From Klebsormidium nitens (Eukaryota > Plantae > Klebsormidiophyceae): a DNA stretch of 64,000 nt. Shown here piece by piece: positions 9,501-21,284 of the stretch. Under the pieces are notes generated by a model. That model did not search any database. It saw only the letters and a list, made by a program, of their open reading frames with translations, and was not told the origin of the DNA. The position numbers and the translations under genes are program-made. Numbering within the stretch: position 1 is the first letter of the stretch; the number at the start of each line of letters is the position of its first letter. The stretch is from assembly GCA_000708835.1 (NCBI GenBank), contig DF237102.1:62001-126000 (forward strand), in the 5' to 3' direction.

Positions 9501-12122
9501 TGCTGCCTCAGAATCTCGTAGTGTCTCTAAGCGTGATTCGTAGGCAGTCCCTGGGAGCAGGAATCGACAAGGAAATCTTTGAACCGACCATCCACGCACT
9601 CCGCACACCTGCCCACCCTAAGTCTTCTGCCGAATCCCATCCGTTCCACGAGCCATAACCCAATGCTAGCTAGCTTTATTATGCTACCTAAGCCTAACCC
9701 AAACCTTAACCGACCCAAACCAAATCTAAACCTATTTGCCTCAGGCCGTCGCTTCCGAGATCACGGCGGCGCGCTCTTTCCTGGAGACGGGAACCCACCC
9801 CGCCGTCGTGGAGTACTTCGCCTACCGCTGCTTCAGCAGTGCCTTCATCCAGCTGGCAGTCCTGGCGGCCCTGCAGCAAGGCCTCCGGTGAGCACATGAC
9901 GTCACCTTTCCACCTTTCCTCATATCCGCTGACGTCCTTGCATCGTTCGCGTCCTAAGCGCAACGACTTTCTCTCCGCTGGCACTCTTTTACGGTCCTGT
10001 ACTAGGCCTCCGGAGAGCGCATCGTGACGTCACTCTGCTGCCGATTTCCAACGTGAAAGTGGCGCTGACGTCAGGTGGTACAGAGCACTGCCGGCGCCTG
10101 GCCGCAGCCCTCCCGGCAAGGCCTTTCTGTGGCCACCCGTCAATCAGTCCGCCAAAAGCGAATGCTGGCGTCAGGCTGACATCGTCCGGCTGAAGTATGG
10201 AGGCTTTTCAAGCTTTCCGGTTCTCTTTACAATCTTGGAGACTTCGTTATAGGAGCTTACCGGATGCTTTTTAAAATCGAGGCGGCTTGTCGGGCCCCTG
10301 TGACTTGCGCAGTTGTGCCACATGTTGACACGAGCTTGACTACCAGTGTTTCGCCCACACCCCAACCTGCGATTTTCGATAACGCGTGAATGAAGCCTTT
10401 CTATCATATTTCTGGGATTCTCGTGTAATCTTCGGCAAGCCCTCACGCTCTGATGGCGTCTCTTCGTCACTTTCCCTTTTGCGAATGGACGTCACTCTGC
10501 CGAATACACCTTTGAGCTTGGAGTTCGAGTTCCGGAACGTAGAAACTTTGGTGACAATCTAGTCCCATTCTGCCCAAACATCTGTAATGACTTAAACTGT
10601 TGAGCAGGTTGAGCGACGCGCTTGGCCGCTGGTGTGCGCGCGCACCTACTCGCGCGCTGCTGCAAAACTGCATGACAAAACGTTCCGAACTAAGCCGCAG
10701 GTTTCGGAGGGAGCTAGCTATAACTTTCATTCGCCATCACAGTGGATCCCACTCCTGGGGTCTCTCGCGCTTCATTGAACAACGAACTCACAGCTTGATT
10801 GGGTCGAGGTATGCGCGCGCAGGTTGAGCGACGCGCGCTTTGCCGGGGCGCGGCCGCTGCTGGTGTGCGCGAGCCTGCTCGCGTGCTGCTTCAACGACGC
10901 GTTCGTGGCGGCCAAGGACGCGGCCGCGGGGCAGACCAATCTCACGAAAGCCGTGGGGACGAGGTGCGCCGTCGACATGCATAACGCGCTGGTTGACTGC
11001 CTCTGCGAGGAGTCCGAACGTTGGTTGGAAGACGCTACGGAGGTGAGATGCCTTTTTACAGTGACCTCTATTCCTCAGCATCAAATCAAACCTCTTCACC
11101 TAGTTAAGGCTTTTACCTTGAGTTTGAAGGGAAGTGTGAAACTCAAGTGGCAGAGGCTGCGGCCACGATAGGAACATGTTTTGTCTATGTACAATCTGTA
11201 GCCCTCGATGCCACGTCATCCATGGACTCTCTCCGCACAAACCGCGTAACGACAACTCAATGTGAGGAACTAGTACTTAGATTCTTAGGCAGTTAACTTT
11301 GCAGGAGCTGCGGTTTGGGATCGTCGCACGTTGGCTGCATATTTCCTTGCAAAATAGCCGCAGCTCTGCTTCAGGAGTTCCGGAAGAGCAGAACCATGTG
11401 GCATGCATGTGCCTTTTTGGGCTCGCTTTTTCGGCTCCCTTCTCTAGCGATCAAGGAGGGGCGTCTGGGAACCTGTTTTGCACGGACCAGAACTGTAACG
11501 CTCAGCACGAAACGTGTCTCCATTCGTCCTTCAACAAAAGTGGTCAAATCCTGATTCTAGGGCGGGAGATCAAGCCCCCGCGCGTGTGACGAGAAACAAG
11601 TGTCTGAATCCGCCAGTAGCGTAGTTTGTACGTGACAAGCACGGGTTCAATGTTCTACGGAGGCGCTGAAAGTTCCCTTGTTCCTGTGAACAGTCTTACA
11701 CAAACTTCACCGGTTGTATAGCTCCGAGTATTGGGACAGCGTCCTGTAGAGTTCCGGGGTCAGAATCCGAGATCCTGTGCCGACCGTGACAATCCGTCTC
11801 AGTCACTTCAAGAGCTCCCGACTTGATTGCCAAACGCGTAAATATCTCTTCGACGCAGGGCGACGACTCGCAGCGCTTCGTCGACTTATTGAAGGCGAGC
11901 ACTTTCGGGTGCAACCTGTGGCACAACATCTGCCCTCGGTACCGCAAGTATTTGGAGGTGACGTGTCAACCGTTCGGCGTTATTGACGGCCCTAACGGTC
12001 TGCTGAGCGCTGGGAATGGAGCACTCAAGCAAGAAATGCGGGAGCTTGTGCACACACTGGCATCTAGTGAATCCAGTGCTCCCAGATTTTCAAATGCATG
12101 TGAGGGGATACACTTGACATAA
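6596..12122 (+). CDS. Microbial-type class I terpene synthase-like protein (MTPSL-like), 6 exons, ~581 aa, long N-terminal extension
   Basis: Exons 6596-7288, 7771-8006, 8966-9155, 9745-9887, 10823-11042 and 11859-12122 are phase-consistent (1746 nt). Motifs occur in the expected order: FPDSPDSFKAVSDLMLSVFLVDDWIE (DDxxD/E), VEYFAYRCFSS (pyrophosphate-sensor Arg), NDAFVAAKD (NSE/DTE-like), QTNL...AVDMHNAL, and GCNLWHNICPRY (WxxxxxRY). The 5' start is uncertain, and the last exon might be spliced at 11957 instead of reading on to 12122. Confidence 0.8.
9595..9732 (+). repeat. Degenerate copy of the C-rich dispersed repeat, in terpene synthase-like intron 3
   Basis: ccgcacacctgcccaccctaag...cccatccgttcc followed by cctaacccaaaccttaac. 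It resembles the core at 51960-52010. Confidence 0.5.
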
Positions 12123-12427
12123 GTTTCTGTGTCCATCTTTTCATTGTTACTTATTGTCATCAGGCACGTTGTGAAGGATGCTTACAGCGGTGAGGTATAG
12201 TAGTGAGAAGGTTCCACTGAGCACGCCTTATTTTGGATTGATGATTGGTCAAGTAGCTGGATCTGCTCGAGCTTGTTTGGAAGAATGAAGGCGTGGGATA
12301 AGGTGTCGTGCTGCCGGCAAGGTGTCTAAGAGAGTATCAATACTTATGGTCTGCTGAGGACTTCAGAACGCGTCTTTGCAATAAAACTCAGGAAAAATAT
12401 AGTAAAGCCGAGATAATAATATGGTGA

Positions 12428-12520
12428 CCGCACTGGGACGGGTAGGGTTAGTTTGGTGGTTAGACTGGGTACGGGTGCGGAGCGGGTGTATTTTTGGGTT
12501 AGGATTTTTAGTGTTAGTCG
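12428..12520 (-). repeat. C-rich dispersed repeat, intergenic copy
   Basis: The reverse complement, ctaacactaaaaatcctaacccaaaaatacacccgctccgcacccgtacccagtctaaccaccaaactaaccctacccgtcccag, aligns by eye over ~90 bp with 51926-52011. Confidence 0.8.
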
Positions 12521-14522
12521 GATAGCATTATTATCTTGGCTTACTATTATCTTGCTTGAGTCTAATATGTCTTTGCATCCAGTTGCGTGCTTAACTGGTC
12601 GATATCGACCTCAAAATTGGCTGATCATGCAATCATATAAAGCCAATGTATGCACGGCTTGGTATACATAGGGTGGTGTGCCCGAATAGCTTGCAAGTTG
12701 TGGTACATCGACTAGCATGTGCTAGCATGTGTAGGCCGCCGTTTTTCAAGTAAACATCAATCTGCACTCTGACGAATGCAAAAAATATGCAAGGGCCAGG
12801 TTAGCTAAGCCAGAACTATGTTGTATGACAAAGTATTCTGCCTCCTTGCACCATCCTTGGGGCTTCCTCACATTGAATTGACACGGATCTCCGTGGGTGG
12901 TTGACACAATTGGCTGCTAGCAAATTTTACTAGCAGGCCGGCGGCGGGAGCTTCTATAACGTCAGATTGTTCGATAATAACATATATGAAAGTTACCCAA
13001 ATCGTGGTGATGCAAAAGTACAAACTAGCTAAAGTTTGGACTTAACTGAATTTCCTTCTGGTCGGATCGAGCATGTGGTGAATGTGGTGTACTGGCCATG
13101 ATGAGCTAATCCCCCTGATACACCGAGGTGCTTCGTTGGAGTCTGGAATCGTAATGGCCCTGCATGCGATGGGCCCCATCTTCAGATGAAATACTTTAGT
13201 ATCCGATATATATCTTCAGGATGCGTTGGTAGAAATATGGATTGATTTGAAGGCACTTTGAGATTTTGACTGCCCCGAGTTAGACTCAGAATCGTCAGGG
13301 CAATCTGGGGGTACAATTGACCGTCCATATCCAGAATCGCAGCTTGAGAAATTAGCCGTCGATGATTATCCGTGCCCCCGAGTGGACGGTTTATAGCAGG
13401 TTGGAATATTGTGCGCGCGTGGCGAACGGCCGGCTGAGGCCTTCAGCCGAAGGTTCACGAGATCCGAGGCCGATCCAAGTCACAGCTCCATGTGTGCTTC
13501 ATGTACCGTATTATAGTGCTGCACAGGCGGTGCACTACCGTATCTTAAGGTACATGGTTATGCACTTCTCAGCTCAGATGGACAGCCGATGGCAGCGCTC
13601 TACTGACTCTACTGGTACTCGGATGGGATCTCGTCCAACTGAGCATCTATTAGTAATACTAAAGGCGTCTTAAACTGAGGACGGTGTCACTAGCCTGAGC
13701 TTTGGCGTGCAAGGTCCTTGACGTCGGGTACTCTCGCAGAAGCTTGCATGCGGATCCGAACTTCATGAGCCCCAGCTTTCAGTGAACGTAGTCAACCAGA
13801 TGAACCCTAAAGACTGTTGTTGCAGTGTTACATGATCATCACCAAAAGGACGCCGGTCGACAAGCCAGATGCCGTCCGTATATGCATGCTCTTACCAATC
13901 AAGGTCCGACCAAAATCTTAAGCCAGATTGCAAACGGTATCAGGCTCACCCAGACAGGGCCTTTGAATGACGGTCGTATCTGGCAAAGTTACAGTGCGGG
14001 CGGTCGAATATTTGTGATACTTACAAGCAAGGATGCTAGCTATGAACCGTCTCAGCTGGTCACCTACATGAGAGTGACACGGCCATGAGGCGCTTGACCT
14101 ACTCTATCTGCAGTTAGCAGATAAAAGATGATGGAGATAGGATCAGCAGTGATCTGATTGCCACCAGAGCATCAGATCGGTTCCGTTCGACCAGCAGTGT
14201 CAGCCCGCTTCGACCAAGCTATGTCACTCTGAAGAATATGAAATGGTAGTCACAGATGGACTGAAATCCATGGATAGCATTTTCGCAGACCCCGCCATGC
14301 ATGGATGAAGGCTGTCACGGGAACACAGCCTTGACAGACAACTCAACACTTCATCCAGGCTCCGGACGAAGGCCTTTAGCAAGGCAACCGATCTTCTGCG
14401 GCTTAGAGATCCTTTCACAGTCAATGGCGATGGAAAAGCACGAGGGCTAGGACGAGATTACCAAGGGCTTAATGCTAGGACAATGCTCTGAAAAGAGAAT
14501 TCTTTAGCAGGCAACTTTGGCA

Positions 14523-17500
14523 ATGGCGCCCCTGACGGTGGCCATCCCGGGTGGGGACAGCAATGCCGCTGGCGAAACTGCAGCATACAACGTCAGGATC
14601 TCGCGCAATGGGAAGCCCTACGTGGTTTGGTCCAAAAGTGCGTCAGCAACACCGGCTTCCAGCACACAAAGCAGCAGGGCGGAAACACCTGCTGGCAGCA
14701 CACGGGCCTTTCCTTTGACCACCAATGCCAGCATTGGTTATGTGCCCCCTAGTTGGGTGCAAAGGGGGCAATCGGTAAATAGTGCTAGGAGTACGGGCAC
14801 GTTTGACCTGCCAGGGAACGTGCTGTCTGCAACGGCGAAAAGTGTGTCTCGGCAAAGCCAAGAGGATGCTCTGAGGCTCATCGGACTGTCCTCGGGCAAT
14901 GCTGAGGTGTCCGCGCAGAAGACTTTGAGTTCTACCATAGAGAGGGAGCAGAATCTGCAACAAAGGGAGGAGTATGGCACTAGAACGGCAGCAGCACTCA
15001 GCCAAGACGTGGACAAGCCTTTTGTTCTTGGAAAACTACCAGTTTTTGCCAAGATGAATCGACACGAGACTGGCACGAGGCTGTCGGACTCTGCCCCTGC
15101 TTCTCAGATAGCGATGGATAGGCAGGCTTACCGCTCAGAGGCTTTGTCAGTGGGACAGGAGAAGGCGGTAAGAGGTGCAGATGCTTTCTTCCAGTCTGGG
15201 GCCATTGAAGCTGCTTCGGAAAGGAATGAGAGGAGTTCAGAGGGGCAAAATGGGGCGACGGACCTCGTCTGTGACGTCTGCATCAACAAACATATGGTTG
15301 AGTCCAAGCAGGAGCAGCAAAGGCGTGAGAGGGAAGAGCAGCACAGACAGGCGGCTGAAGCGAGCTTCAGAGCGCAAAGGGCTACGGTTGAGTGGGAGGC
15401 GAGGATGGTGGAGGAAAGAGTGAAAGCCGTTGAGCAGGCAAAGGCGGTGAGTTCTTGTCTCCTTCAACCTTAGCTTTTGATCAGACCTGCAAAGAGTGTA
15501 AGTTGCACTCGCTCCGAAAGAACAGGTAAATTTTGCAGACCTCTGGACACTGAGTCCCCTTTTGACACTTGAAAAATACCCTACCGGTCTTGACCAGTTT
15601 CTCGTGACCAGGGACTCTTTGCGGATGTTGAAGTCAAGATCCTTAGACGCGGTTGCTGCAGCTGAACTCCATCAGGACGATGAACCCAGGATAGTACTTT
15701 GCGTTTATTAGTTCTCTGCGTCTACATCAAAAGTTCTAGGAGTCTGTCTTCGAATTACTCCTTTCTGTGACCAAGATACTAACGCACGGCATGGTCCGTG
15801 CCTCGTTGCTTGCAGGAACGTGATCAGTACATGGTGCAGAAAGAGCAGGCACGCCAAGAGTACGTGGCCAGTCCACGTTATGAGCCAGAAGGGCCAGCAG
15901 GCATGGTGTTCAAGGGTAGCACTCCCAGAACAGCAGCTGAAGAGCAACACGCTCGATACAAAGAAGAGCTTGACCGGCAGGTCAGGACATGTCCTTCCCT
16001 CGTGGATATTGAAAGTGTTCGATTCCACATCAGTTGCGTACCTTGTTTCACTTCAATTTCAGAAAGGCCTTGGTTCCTGAGATGCTGCTCACGGGGAGCA
16101 CATATTCGCAACCCTTAATCATACGTTCTTGAAAGCAGCTCGAGGTCGCCTCTGTTCAACTGAAAGATGCGCCCTCAATCCGCTTCAGATTCCAATATGT
16201 AGCAGCACCCGCTTCTTTGAGAAGAGGACCCGTACAGCTCAGTTTCTTTTGGAGGATTTTCCGGTTCGACATGCCACCTGATGGTGTCCCTTGCTTCTTA
16301 CCAGGTGGCGTTCAAAAGTAGATTAGCGGCTGAAGAGGCTGCAAAAGAGCACCCACTAGGGAACATCCCCGTACCTCTGCAGACCAGTCGGCTGGAACTG
16401 GATGCTTATGTCGAAGCTCAACACGAGAGCTACTCCGACGCTCTGGCGAAGCAGGTGGGCCTGTCCTGTCAAGATTATTTATCGGCAGCTCCTCATGGAA
16501 AAGTAATGAGAGTTGACGAGTCTTTCTGACGAGCACTTTCAAATCAACCGCGACAAATCCCAAGGATGTGAAACATTTTTCAAACACTTGCATAGACAGG
16601 TTAGACAGATTCAAAGCAAGTCTGGAGCCAACCACGGCAAATCAAGGTTCGGGAGACCGCACTGCTTTAAGTGAATCCCAGATCTCATTTCCTCTTCTTG
16701 CGCAGGTGCTTGAAAAGCAGGCCATGCGGGCTGCAGAGAAAAGTGCTCCTCATCCTTTGGGCCGATCTAACATGGTAGTCGTGACAAACACCCCGACTCG
16801 TCAAGCTGAGCTGAGCAATCAGGCGGCTTTTCGAGGTGCACTTGCGCAGCAGGTACGCGGAAGAGGAATGATTAGTTTGCAGTAGTGTCGCGTAGGCATC
16901 AATCAACAAGGCCAAGTGGATAATGAATAGCATCATCAGCATCTTGTGACGACGAGATACTTCGATCCTGGCTCTCCCTTTGCTGTGTAATTAGCTCATT
17001 CTAGTTGAACAGCTGAGAGAATTGCAGCGTCCTGCTAATACAAGTGGACATACCGCGTACTTACAGAGTCCCCTCTCTCTGCAGCTCAAGGAAAAGGAGG
17101 TGCTCGAGCAGCAGAACGGTGAAAGGTCTCACCCTCTCGGAGACGTCCCGACAAGCCCGAGGTTCACTGTTGTTGACTTTGACAAGGCCAAACTCGACCA
17201 CCAAATGGCCCTACGAGCCGAGCTGGACTGCCAGGCAAGTGGCCAATTGACACTAAGTCTTTCAAATTCAACGGATATACCACTGAAGTAAAAGTTACAT
17301 CTTCCAAGGAAGAAGAGGCTAATAGCTTCTTCTCGTTCTAGAAGACTTTCGACTGCATGCAATCGCCAAGAGGTTCTGCTAGCAGCCGGTGGCAGCAGTC
17401 TCGGCCAGAGGTTGGAAATGAGTTCGCAGCGACATTTCCCTGAGCATGGGAGCTTGGACATATATATGTCTCCTTATTTTCAGATCTCTTGGATCCAGGT

Positions 17501-20094
17501 ATCAGAGAAAAAGATGCGCAAGGAGATGGAGAAGACTGCCGCTCATCCACTCGGTCAGACGCTGCTGAGGAGTGAAGGGGAGCCTTTCGGATCAGAGAAT
17601 CTGCTTTTGCAACGGAAGGCAGAGTACAGAATGCTTCTTGATGAGCAGGTAACGACTACAGAGCTTGACTTACACTGCACATCAAATTGACCAAGAGGGA
17701 GCGCAGACTCCGTACCGGGAACTGTCTGTTACTACAGAGCGATCTGAGAAGTGCAGTAGCCAAAACGCTTGTTTAAAGAAGCGCAGACTTCAGCGCAATC
17801 AATCAGCAAAATTGACACCGTGACTCTGGAAGAAGCAGGTGCTTTTGACAGTAATCGTGCCTCTTTCAATCCACGTTCGTGACGGAGACAGCTAAGGTAC
17901 TCTCACCTGAATCGAGCGATCCTCTCCTTTCACTTCAAGCATCAATTCTTAATTAGAGTAAGCTGGCCCTGACAATTTCAATCTTCTTTTTCAGGTAGCG
18001 CAGAGAGAGGCCTGGAAGCGCTTGACAGAGAGTGGGGCCCATCCATTGGGGGACGAGCCCGTCTGGGGCCGTGTCGACAGGGATCAGACTGCCAGAGAGC
18101 ACGATAAATTTGTGCATGAGAAGACCAAGAGCTACCAGGAGGTCTTGGCAGCTCAGATCGCGGAGAGAGAGAGGGAGAAACAGGCGCGATTCATGCAGGA
18201 GCAGGCGGCAAGAGAGGAGCAGATTGCCAAGGACCGGCGAGAGGCGCAGATAGCCAAGCAGGAGGAGATGACAAAGACGTGAGTCGATGTAAAAGGTTGA
18301 TGAGAGGTTCTGGTGCACATTCAAAGGATGTCCTTCACTTGCTTAGGCTGATCCGGCTGCATCCGCTTCGATCATGCCGTTTCTCTGGCTGCTGTCGGAG
18401 ACAATGAACGGTGGTCAGCTGTGCTTGGTAGTGTAACGGAGAGGCTCCATGAGCAACTAAGAGTCGATTACATTCATCCTTTTGCAGGTATGCTCAGAAG
18501 ATGGCGTTGCGTGAGGCCTGGCTCAAGGAGGTATAACTCAATCAGAGCCTCGCATCTGAGTTGAAATGATACATCGCTTGATTCGACTTTGCATTTCATG
18601 CCTCACAAGGCAGCAAAGCCGGCATCTGCGGTTGGAAATGATTGCGAAGAATCAACTATGCTGCTGTGGCTTGCATTACAACCATGTCTGGTTTCCTGTC
18701 TGACATAGGGTTTCATTCTTCATCCTTTGCAGGTTCAGGCAAAAGACGAAAAGAAGAAGCAGGAGCGCCTTGCCAAACCAGAGCTTGCGACTCAAACTCG
18801 TGAAATGGCAGCGGCAAGGTGAGGAAAATGCTCCGTCTTACCCGACCTGTCCTCTGCGTTAGGAACACTCACTGTAACTTCCCACGCCTATGATTTCTAA
18901 GCCCTTTTGGCACGCTTCAAGTCAGATTCTAGTTCAAAAGAAGAGATTCAGTACGGAATCTCTAATGTTTAACGCGTTCCGGTACTGTCCAGAGCTTTCC
19001 GGTACTGACTGTCATCCTTCCTGCAGGATAAATTTCAGCGGACCTCCTTACGACAGCGTCAAAAAGGAGGCCCTGGTGAGAGACTAGTCACACCAGTTTT
19101 CCCCGCCACTTTCTATGCAAGCGCCGAGGATCTCGCGCCTTCCGACAATTTGTTTTCGTATCCTAATGCGTGGATCGCTACTCCCTGAATCTGACGCGTT
19201 GTCAGTCAGCGAGATGTCTCTGAATGCGAAAGACGAAACTTTTAGACGCGTTCGAAGGCTTTCAACTGCTGAAGAGTAACACCACACGACTGAGTTCTCA
19301 TTGATACGAAACAATGGACGCAAAATACCTACTTCGCATTGAACGGACCCAACAACCTGACTTCAATTTATCTTTACAGAAACATGCTCTGGAGAGCCAG
19401 ATCGCCGAGAAGAAGAACCAGAAGCGGCTCGAGAGGCAGGAGAGCCGGTCTCACTATCAGGAGTGGTGCGGCGACGTTTGTGATCAGAGCGTTGCAGGGA
19501 CAATTCGGGCCATTGCCAAGGGAGCGTCCTCTGGTGAGTAAACAGTAAACACTGCGGTTTGACGGAATTTGATGATCAATGCTCTATTGAGATGCTTATG
19601 TGCCCTCTTGAATGCACTGCATACAAGTCGAACACGTTGGCCTTGTTGCGATCACGAGTTTCACCAACCTTTCTGTGCCCCACTGTATCAAGAGAAAGGG
19701 GGAGACTTTCCAACTTTCGGCTCGAGTCGCTCGATTGTCTTGATTTGATAACGGAAAATGGTGGACGGATTGCACCACCTGCCTAGCATTCAGGAGACGT
19801 TTCTATACCATTCTGCTGCAAACTTAAACAGATACTGAGAATGTCTATTTGGCGGAGTCGGCCAATAGTCTGTACCTGTAAAACGGGTAGTCTATTTGAT
19901 TTTAGTAGGGGACGGGTCCTACTAAGTCTATTCTCAGTATGCAAAGCCTTGTGCCCTGTTGCTTCGCAGGATTGACGGGCGGAAAGAGCGGGTACCTCGA
20001 CAACTACCTCAAGTGTGTGGAGTGCAAGAGGACTGTCCCAGCTAAAAGTCTGGCTCCCTGGAAAGGTTCGAGAACCTCTATAGTTGCCAACTGA
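14523..20094 (+). CDS. Coiled-coil protein with five exon-encoded HPLG repeats and two CxxC motifs (possibly CCDC81-like or ciliary)
   Basis: Exons 14523-15446, 15816-15980, 16305-16454, 16706-16852, 17085-17234, 17499-17648 and 17995-18278, then exons starting near 18488, 18733, 19027, 19380 and 19969, with the stop at 20092-20094. Phases are consistent. The protein is E/Q/K/R-rich, with CDVC in exon 1 and CVEC in the last exon. Confidence 0.75.
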
Positions 20095-21284
20095 GCTCCG
20101 TTGTGTTCACCATTCCAATAGTAAAGATTTTTGCCATGACAGCGACAGATCAGCGGTCTCCGCGTTTTGCATTCCTGGAAGCGCCACGGTCATAGACTGT
20201 AGCATTTAGGTGGTAGAAAGAATCTTAGAGCTGGATAATCTGAGCTAGGTGATTTATTTACTTGAGCTCGGTGTATTCGTTAGATAGGAGATTGCTAAGC
20301 CAGTATCCGGTATGGGCCTAATTCAGACCTGATTAGCACTGCAAGACAATTTGAAGAGGCGTACTAGCTGGCCGAAATTGTGCTGAGGGAGATCATGACT
20401 GTGCGGTAGCGTGAGCGTACCGCCAGCTTGCTTAGGTATTGAAGCATCATTGGCGCTAGCTGGTTTCAATAAACAGGCAAACTTGAAAAAGCTATATATT
20501 CTAGAAGATGCGATCGGGTACATGCATATAACTTAGTGAACTAGTCAACCGCGCAGCCGCGAGATTTTGGCCAGCTAGGGAACAAGCACTCACTTCTGAG
20601 AGCTCAAAAAGCCATGCATGATCACAGAAGTGCATACGTACCGTATTGAATCTCAATAATGTCAGTTGGTGCAACGAGCGGTTCACATGGCCTGCACGGG
20701 GCGTGCGCAGACTGACTGCATGATAGTTGAGCTGATCTCTATGAGATTTTTCCGCACACGTGCAGGGGCTCGAACTAGAGATGACTAGGTGGTGCTGCAC
20801 CGTACCATGGCATGCACAGGCTTCGCCAATCATGCAGCACCGCATGTGCTATACGAGGCTCCAGCCCTGATGCACTCAACCTACTGCATGGAGCGATCAG
20901 AAACCAGGTCTGCGGGCCATGTACCGCTATATAGCCGCCTGATGTCAAAGCGTGACCTGGCAGCCAGCTAAGCGCGAAATGCAGTATTCAATGAATGAGC
21001 AGACACAACTTCGTCCTTTCAATTTCAGGTGTTTATATGATCCATCGAATTCTTGAAGCATCCGTTACAAGCTTCCTCTAATGTATATTATTATAGACAG
21101 TTCAAAGCGTGCTTCTACTTTGCAGCAATCAGGAACCGAGCTTCAGCTTAGCTAGTTCGCACAAAGTCTGTTTTGAGGAAAATAAGAGGCACAACTTGCG
21201 TGGCAGCATAGCTAGCCTCCTGTCCGGCTTCTCAACAATTGATGCTTGCCATTCAACAAAGAAATCGAACAAAGTATGGAGATA

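Noticed and set aside
12520-14500. Two-kb gene-free interval as a possible transposon or hidden gene
   Set aside because: No transposase, reverse transcriptase or integrase motifs, no terminal repeats, and no phase-consistent exon chain found.
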